Below are positions 63,031 through 64,000 of a DNA stretch of 64,000 bases, piece by piece. The translations under genes were made by a program, and so were the position numbers. Position 1 is the first letter of the stretch; every line of letters starts with the position of its first letter. The notes under the pieces were generated by a model. It had not been told where the DNA came from. It did no database searches and saw only the letters and a list, made by a program, of their open reading frames with translations. The stretch comes from Rhodospirillaceae bacterium (GTDB lineage Bacteria > Pseudomonadota > Alphaproteobacteria > GCA-2731375): contig JABJKS010000084.1 in assembly GCA_018660265.1 (NCBI GenBank), positions 14,036-78,035 on the forward strand. The letters run 5' to 3'.

Positions 63031-64000
63031 ATGAACACACCAGAGCCTCAAGCCATTTCCTTTTCCGCGCCCAGCATGGTGGCGGGTACGCGCCTGACCA
63101 CATGGTTGAGCGTGGATGGTGAAGTAGAGGAATTATCCAGCCCCGCGGCCCTGACGAAGGCGCGCGAGACCACCCCCATTGTTTGCCATACATTGGCCAC
63201 AGCACGACGCCTCAACACACGATCTTTGGTCGCGTTGGATGTGTTGGAGCTGTATGCCTTTTCCAGGCCGGCACAGTTTTGCCTGCCCACACCGGGGGGG
63301 TTGGCAGCCGCCCTGAACCTTGCCCCACCAGGCGATGCGGTGGATGCCGCCCTGATCCTGCAACAATCAGCCAAGGCGTTATTAAAGGAACTCGCGGCAA
63401 CTCTCGAACATCGCGATCGTCTGGGTGCCATCGCCATGACAATGGCCCAGGGAGGCTGGCGCTGGGGGCCGGCTGTCTTGGCCGCCCTGGGCATCCCTGC
63501 GGACGGCAATGGCGCGGGCGCATTGGCGGCCTGGCAACGCCTGCCCGAGAGGGAAGACGGCGCACCACCCCCCGCGCCCAGCGACCATGCCATCAGTGAA
63601 GAAGCAGCGCGGGATCAGTTGGCTGAATTGGTTGGTGCAGGGGCGGAAGCCCGGCCACAGCAATTCGACTATGCCGCCGCCACAGCGCATGCATTTATTC
63701 CCCGCCAGGAAGTTGATATGCCGCGTCTGGTCCTGGCCGAAGCGGGGACAGGCGTGGGTAAGACATTGGGTTATATCGCACCGGCCAGTCTGTGGGCCCG
63801 CAAGAACGGCGGTACGGTCTGGCTGTCCACCTATACCCGCAACCTGCAACGACAGATTGATGGGGAGCTGGACCGTCTGTATCCGGACCCGGCCCAAAAA
63901 CGCCGCAATGTGGTGGTCCGCAAGGGCCGGGAGAATTATCTGTGCCTGCTGAATTATGAAGACGCCACCAAGGCGCTGGCGACGTCACCTGGCGGCACCG
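63031..64000 (+). CDS. DinG family ATP-dependent helicase (runs off the window; absent from the ORF track)
   Basis: Manual translation MNTPEPQA...AEAGTGVGKTLGY...STYTRNLQRQ...RKGRENYLC. Confidence 0.88.
   Translation, partial: MNTPEPQAISFSAPSMVAGTRLTTWLSVDGEVEELSSPAALTKARETTPIVCHTLATARRLNTRSLVALDVLELYAFSRPAQFCLPTPGGLAAALNLAPPGDAVDAALILQQSAKALLKELAATLEHRDRLGAIAMTMAQGGWRWGPAVLAALGIPADGNGAGALAAWQRLPEREDGAPPPAPSDHAISEEAARDQLAELVGAGAEARPQQFDYAAATAHAFIPRQEVDMPRLVLAEAGTGVGKTLGYIAPASLWARKNGGTVWLSTYTRNLQRQIDGELDRLYPDPAQKRRNVVVRKGRENYLCLLNYEDATKALATSPGGT

Overview
A gene-dense, GC-rich (roughly 55-60% by eye) chromosomal segment of an Alphaproteobacterium. The taxon is inferred from recO-parC synteny, class I LysRS, trmFO, DUF4170 and CtrA-like boxes. 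Contents are mainly core and catabolic genes: motAB, threonine dehydratase, recO/parC, trmFO, a form-II-like coxG-coxSLM-coxDE-xdhC-mocA molybdoenzyme cluster, sthA, prpE, a sigma54/NtrC-type urtABCDE-ureDABCEFG urea operon, folE, lysS and a partial DinG helicase. I see no CRISPR array, intact transposase or integrase, phage, defence system or complete RNA gene, and I cannot claim a clearly new multi-gene system. The best leads are: (1) three diverged copies of an 80-105 bp two-stem intergenic element with compensatory base changes and GANTC sites; (2) a probably leaderless uORF plus long hairpin upstream of an orphan IlvM-like ACT gene; (3) a CoxL with a non-canonical active-site loop (AARGAGR), whose accessory operon is coupled to an Asp-less MaoC and an F420-type LLM oxidoreductase; (4) a decayed tRNA-Glu 3' half that looks like an att scar; (5) recurrent short tandem duplications at gene ends. 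All family calls come from motif recognition, not database searches.
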